A stretch of DNA of 64,000 nucleotides, taken from positions 57,784,001 to 57,848,000 of the forward strand of contig NC_135662.1 in assembly GCF_964188315.1 (NCBI RefSeq), written 5' to 3'. A program made the position numbers and the translations under genes. A model generated the notes under the pieces. It saw only the letters and a program-made list of their open reading frames with translations, had not been told where the DNA came from and ran no database searches. This stretch comes from Podarcis muralis. Taxonomy: Eukaryota. Below are positions 59,002-64,000 of the stretch, in pieces. Positions within the stretch are counted from its first letter, which is position 1. The number at the start of each line of letters is the position of its first letter.

Positions 59002-60657
59002 AAGAAAAATACATGGACCTTTATCAGGAAATAAGCAACCAGCGTAGGTTTTCACTGTAATGTAGTTTTTGTAAATATGGAAAAGACTGGTTCCTGTTGT
59101 CCTCAGAAACAATGAGTTAAGATGGGATTTTACTGTTTCTCCTCACTTGGAACTTCTTGCTAAGTGTGTATCAAATTTGGAGTCAACTCCTCCAAAACGG
59201 GCATAACATAAACATTCAAATAAATAAAAGTGCTACCAATGGATTTTGGCAATTTTTGTGTCTTGGGGTTCCTATTAATGGTGTCTGACCTTTGATCAGC
59301 TGTCTGTTACTACACAGATTAAGATACCCTTGGAAAGGCATTTAAAACTGGATGGCTTCAGAAGCGTAGGTTATTTCAAACCAGGTCTATTTCTATTGGC
59401 CTCGTGTGTCACAATATAGCATAAATTTCCTTTTAATAATGGCATTTTAATATCTTGCCGGAGCAATTACACTGCTCATTGGCTGCTAGCATGATTGGTT
59501 CTTGAAACTGTATAACCTTTCAAAACCTCTCGTCTTTAGAGCTCCCTCGCTATTCAAGGCGACTTCGCCAATTGTTAATGCAGGCATTTGACTAGGCAGC
59601 TGTCATATCTGCTTAATTATTCAGTCGCAAAATGACCTTTTAATTGAAGCATCTCCCCACCCCCAGTTATTTAGCAACTAAGAATTTGGTGCATATCTTA
59701 TCAGCATTTAGCTGAGTGGCTTGATGGCTGTTATTACCCCCTCCCCAAAATAAAAGCTATCAGGATTATTTGCTAGCTGTGCTTTCCGTCGTCATGCTTG
59801 CACATCACGATAAGCCAGAGTTGCTGGCTTTATCATGATTTATTCTGAAAGAGCGGCACGCTTCTTTGAAAGAAGCAAACCAAGTTGGCTTCCCATGGTT
59901 CTGAACCTGAAATCATGGGGTTTCTTTTTAACCAACCAGTATTGTCAGCCAGCCTTAAACCATGGTAGGGAGTTGTTGTTATTGTTGTTGTTAGTCTTAC
60001 AAATCTTGGCTTGAAGGAACAGTGGTGGCTGGTAGGACGGAAGGAAGGGAGCCCAGCAGTAGGTGGTGCCAGAGCAAATGACAGTTGCAGCCAGCTAATA
60101 CTCAGCTTCTACACAACCTCCTCCCTGCTGTGTTTTGCAAGGGTAACGTTGTCACTAAGGAGGAGGAGGAAGATGGCAGACAGTTCTACTCCTGAACTAA
60201 TGTTAAGAAGCTAGGGAAGGGGGTTGGTTTGGCTGAGAACAGAATGAGGTTGGTGGGGCGGTGCTCCATTTGCCCAAATTGTCCATCTTCCCCTGGATAG
60301 GGAGCAACTAAGTAAGATTCCAGATTTGCATCAAGCCAAGTTAATTGTGGCTCCCTGGTTTCTTTCTCTCGTTCCCAACAGGGGAAGAAGAGAGTGGGAG
60401 TTGTCAGTTTCACAGTAAACCATGGTCAGGCAGCATTTTTTCCTCGCCTTTTCTGTTTTTTGTCACTGCAATGAGGTAATGTTTGCACACAATTATTTGC
60501 TTGCTAATTAATGTTCATCACAACACCCCCCCCCCTTTGCTCCCCTGCAGGCTCCCAGCTGGATATTGGACAGAATTGGCAGAAACGAAGGGTTTTTTTT
60601 TAATGCAAAGTCTTCAGATTGCTGAAACTGAGGTTGATATTGCCTGTTTAATGAAGA

Positions 60658-60712
60658 ATGGCTCTTGCGCTAGAACTAGGAACCCTGTGCTTACTCTTGG
60701 GAATTCTAACAG
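60658..60712 (+). CDS. KIAA0319: KIAA0319 first coding exon (signal peptide); rest of gene beyond the window
   Basis: Exon 60551-60712 (pyrimidine tract + CAG acceptor, CAG|GTAGGG donor). Strong-Kozak ATG gives MALALELGTLCLLLGILT-G, 18 codons + 1 nt, the same layout I recall for human MAPPTGVLSSLLLLVTIA-G; syntenic position and strand agree. Confidence 0.8.
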
Positions 60713-61786
60713 GTAGGGCAAGACTCTTCGTACTCATGCTGTATAAATATAAGAAACCATTATTTTGCTTTTGAGGCCAGGAGAGAGAATAACGGTCTGC
60801 ACACAACCTAGGTTCTCCACTGTGCACGGAACCTCAAAATAATTTCTGACTTGCAAAAGACTCCCAAATGGCTTATGAAGATTGTGACAGCAGTAATAGA
60901 AGTATCTTAGTGTCTTAGCACCAGCTGGAGAGTCTAAATGGATGTGCACCGTACAGTATAGACAGGTCACAGTTGCTTGAGCAGTTCAGTCCATACATCA
61001 CAGTAAACCATGGTCTGAACCAAGGGTCGTTGCTTGTTTTGCTCCCAACAAACATTTGGTAAGCCAAGAAAACCGCTTGGAGAATTTTTGTACAGTCAAG
61101 CATTATTTAAATTTTATGAAATGAATAAATTAATAAGAACAAATATTTGCTTCACATCATTGCTCGTTTGTGGCCAAACAACCCATGACTCCTTGGTTCA
61201 TTAAGTCAAAGGTTGTGGTTTTCTCCTCTCTCTCACTTGTGCAGAGGAGTGAAGCATTCACAGGAAACCATTAACTTTGGTTTACCATGATGTGTGCATG
61301 CTATCATTGTAAACACTAAGCTGCCTGAATTTCTGTTTCTTTTAAACCCTTTACAGACCATTTGTGCAGATTGCTGTTGAGGTTTTCCTTTTTTCAGAGT
61401 TTTATTTTTATTTGACTCTTTATTTTCCTTGCTCTCGTTTTGCCCCCCCCCCCCAACTGCTAAATCTCCATCTAGAAACAGTGCTCTACTCTTCCTGAAG
61501 CAAATGATTTCCCCCTCCCCTCCAAAGGCTTGCCGTGTTTCAGAGAAGAGGAGGCTGCTGGGCACATCAGGAACATGAAAGTAACCCAGAGATAGAATTA
61601 AATCCTATTTATTATGTACAGGCGCTTAAAACCACATATAGCTTAACACTGGAGCCTTGGATGAATTTCTGACTTTTGCTTGGTGAAAGATTTTCTTAAG
61701 CCCTGCCAAATGTTGCCAGAGTTAGTTAAGCCTTTTTCAGTATGTGGTTAAAAAAATTCTTCCCTCGCCCACACCAGAAGTATAAA

Positions 61787-62100
61787 TGGTCTAAACCACA
61801 GAGCCTAGGCCTTGCTGATCAGAAGGTCGGCGGTTCGAATCCCTGCAATGGGGTGAGCTCTCATTGTTCGGTCCCAGCTCCTGCCCACCTAGCAGTTCAA
61901 AAGTACATCAAAGTGCAAATAGATAAATAGGAGCACTCCAGCGGGAAGGTAAACGGTGTTTCCGTGCGCTGCTCTGGTTTGCCAGAAGCTATCTGTGGAC
62001 AAATGCCGGCTCCCTTGGCCTATAGAGTGAGATGAGCGCGCAACCCCAGAGTCGTCCGCGACTAGACCTAACGGTCAGGGATACCTTTACCTTTACCTTT
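61787..62100 (+). mobile_element. Sauria SINE, 5'-truncated
   Basis: GGTCTAAACCACAGAGCCTAGG..GGTTCGAATCCC..(ACCTTT)3 tail. Confidence 0.85.
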
Positions 62101-63643
62101 AAGCACCTCTTATGAGGTACCACTTTAGCAGGGCTTGTCATCTGGGCAGCTCAGGGCCTCCCCACACATTGCCTAGGCTTGCCCCCCCCCCCAGGAGATC
62201 ACTTTGGTGCTGTTAACTTCACCCCGGAGGTGCACTGAAATCTTCAGTATGTTGCTGACATTTTCCTTTGTGATTGTGGGCCTGTGAACCATCCCAACAC
62301 CTCTCATACTCTGGGAGCTGCTAACTAGACTTGCAATGTTGATGTCGTGAATGCTCAGTTAAAGTGTTCCTTAGTTTTCTGCCTCCATTCAGTAATTCAT
62401 TTATTTTATTTTAAATTTATGTGTCTTATTCCTAATACTCTGTCATCTACGTCAGTGATCATCAGCAATTTTCCACCATCAGTTAGTCCTAGACCATTCC
62501 CTGGGCTCCATGAAAATTGTTTCTTACACTTGTGTTAGAAAGGCTGTCATTTTGCATTTATATAGTTGCTGCAGCTTCACGGACCAAATAATGTAGCTTG
62601 ACAATGCAATTCTATATGCCCCTAGTCAGAAGTAAACCCTGCTGAGTTTATTGGGGCTTGCCCCATAAAGTGTGCATAGAATTTCAGCCTTGACCACTGA
62701 AGTAAAGGCACAGGATGGTATAGATTAAAAATTTCAGCAAAGTTACAGAACGCTGTCATTACACTGTGAGAATTTTTCTGACGCCTTCGCTTTTGCTTCA
62801 ATCCTATTACATGCTTACCTCTGAGTAAGCCTCACTGAATTCAGTAGGGTTCACTTTTTGAGTAGACATAGTTTGGCTTGCCCTGTTACTTTTGTTTGTC
62901 ATGTGTATTCTATACTGTCCCCCCCCCCCCCGTTTTTTAAAAATGGCTTTTATTTTTTCTAGTGTAGGACACCTTGAGGCCATTTGGTGATAGGGCAAGA
63001 TATAAATACCTTAGATAAATAATACCAAACAGATTGTCCATGCTTTCCATACCATCTGTAAAGCTGAAGCCGATTTGACTCACATGGTTCTTAAGGGAAT
63101 AGACTGGTGCGTGTGTCCTGTTTCCGACATCTTGCTTTCATCCAGTTGTCTCCACCCACAAGGCCTAGAAAACTGCCATTTAAAGGTAATTACAGCTGAG
63201 ACCTAGATAGATGCATTTAAGTTCATAGTAACAGAGCCAAGCCCAATGCGTATTTTGGATAGAGAGGCCACTCGCATGTGGCTCAAAAAGATTCGGTGGA
63301 AGACACTTTTTAATAGATATCTGTTCACTTGCTGCACACGTATTGAAAAGGGCGAAGGCTGTGTCAGATGTTCTGCTGACTCACTGACAATGAAATTAAA
63401 GTGACTGTGTAAAAATCATGGCTTTTGCCGTTATGTTTTTATTTTAAGACTGGGATATTAGAGATGTCCTGCTTGCTTGGCTACCCGCTGTTGGAGGCAG
63501 GATGAAGGGCTAGATGGATCTTTAGTCTGATTTGACAGGTCTCTTGTTACATTCACCATTAAGAAACTAATGGGATGAACTTAGCTAGGAGGTGGAGAAT
63601 GTTTTTTTTTTAAAAAAAAATAAATAAAAATAATAACAATAAT

Positions 63644-63644
<1 letters not shown>

Positions 63645-63684
<40 letters not shown>
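63645..63684 (+). repeat. (TAGA)10 microsatellite
   Basis: Direct reading. Confidence 0.95.
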
Positions 63685-63687
<3 letters not shown>

Positions 63688-63983
63688 GATAAGTGAATGT
63701 GACAGCATGAGTTTTGGCTTCTAAATGACCAGCAAACATATAAGTCGTATATGGATTACACCACCACTTCTGCAAGCCAGTTTACACTACAGTATGTTGT
63801 TCATAGTTAAATTTATGCTGTCCCTCCCAAGAATATAGCGGAGTCAGAGATGATATGCTGAAGTGGCTTGTGCAGTGCTCAGCTCCCGGCTTCCTTATAG
63901 TCCTTATTCATACAGTTTTGCATCTTTATCCTTTTTCATTATCCATCCACTCACTTCAGACTTCCTCTGTTTTTGGTTTGAAC

Positions 63984-64000
63984 CAGTGGCGTAGCATGGG
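63984..64000. mobile_element. Left TIR of a third CAGTGGCGTAGC hAT copy, cut by the window end
   Basis: CAGTGGCGTAGCATGGG differs by 1 nt from the TIR at 27012 and 54982. Confidence 0.6.

Noticed and set aside
60713-64000. Further KIAA0319 coding exons
   Set aside because: No Cys-rich MANSC-like reading frame with splice sites found; the next exon presumably lies beyond the window.

Overview
Eukaryotic genomic DNA from a squamate reptile, most likely a lacertid lizard; this is inferred from the Sauria SINE, Bov-B, L2 and Tc1/mariner/hAT MITE content. The window is the orthologue of the human 6p22.3 (DYX2) block, with gene order and relative orientation as I recall them for human: RIPOR2 last 4 coding exons (+), ARMH2 (+), GMNN (-), C6orf62 (+), ACOT13 (-), TDP2 (+, head-to-head with ACOT13), and the KIAA0319 promoter plus first coding (signal-peptide) exon (+). 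All exon chains were rebuilt by hand with GT-AG sites and consistent phases. No CRISPR array, prokaryotic system or intact autonomous transposon is present. The most interesting unexplained signals are: (1) a candidate upstream ARMH2 exon that would switch a myristoylation-type N-terminus on or off; (2) overlapping 3' ends of ARMH2 and GMNN; (3) a ~2 kb C6orf62 leader carrying strong-Kozak uORFs, including a 79-codon one; (4) three DNA-transposon families whose copies share termini but carry different GC-rich interiors (promoter-like cargo, hairpin/G4 minisatellites, telomere-like repeats); (5) a MITE inserted at the centre of another palindromic MITE; (6) an out-of-frame uORF overlapping the KIAA0319 start. 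These are hypotheses from sequence alone; no searches or computations were run.
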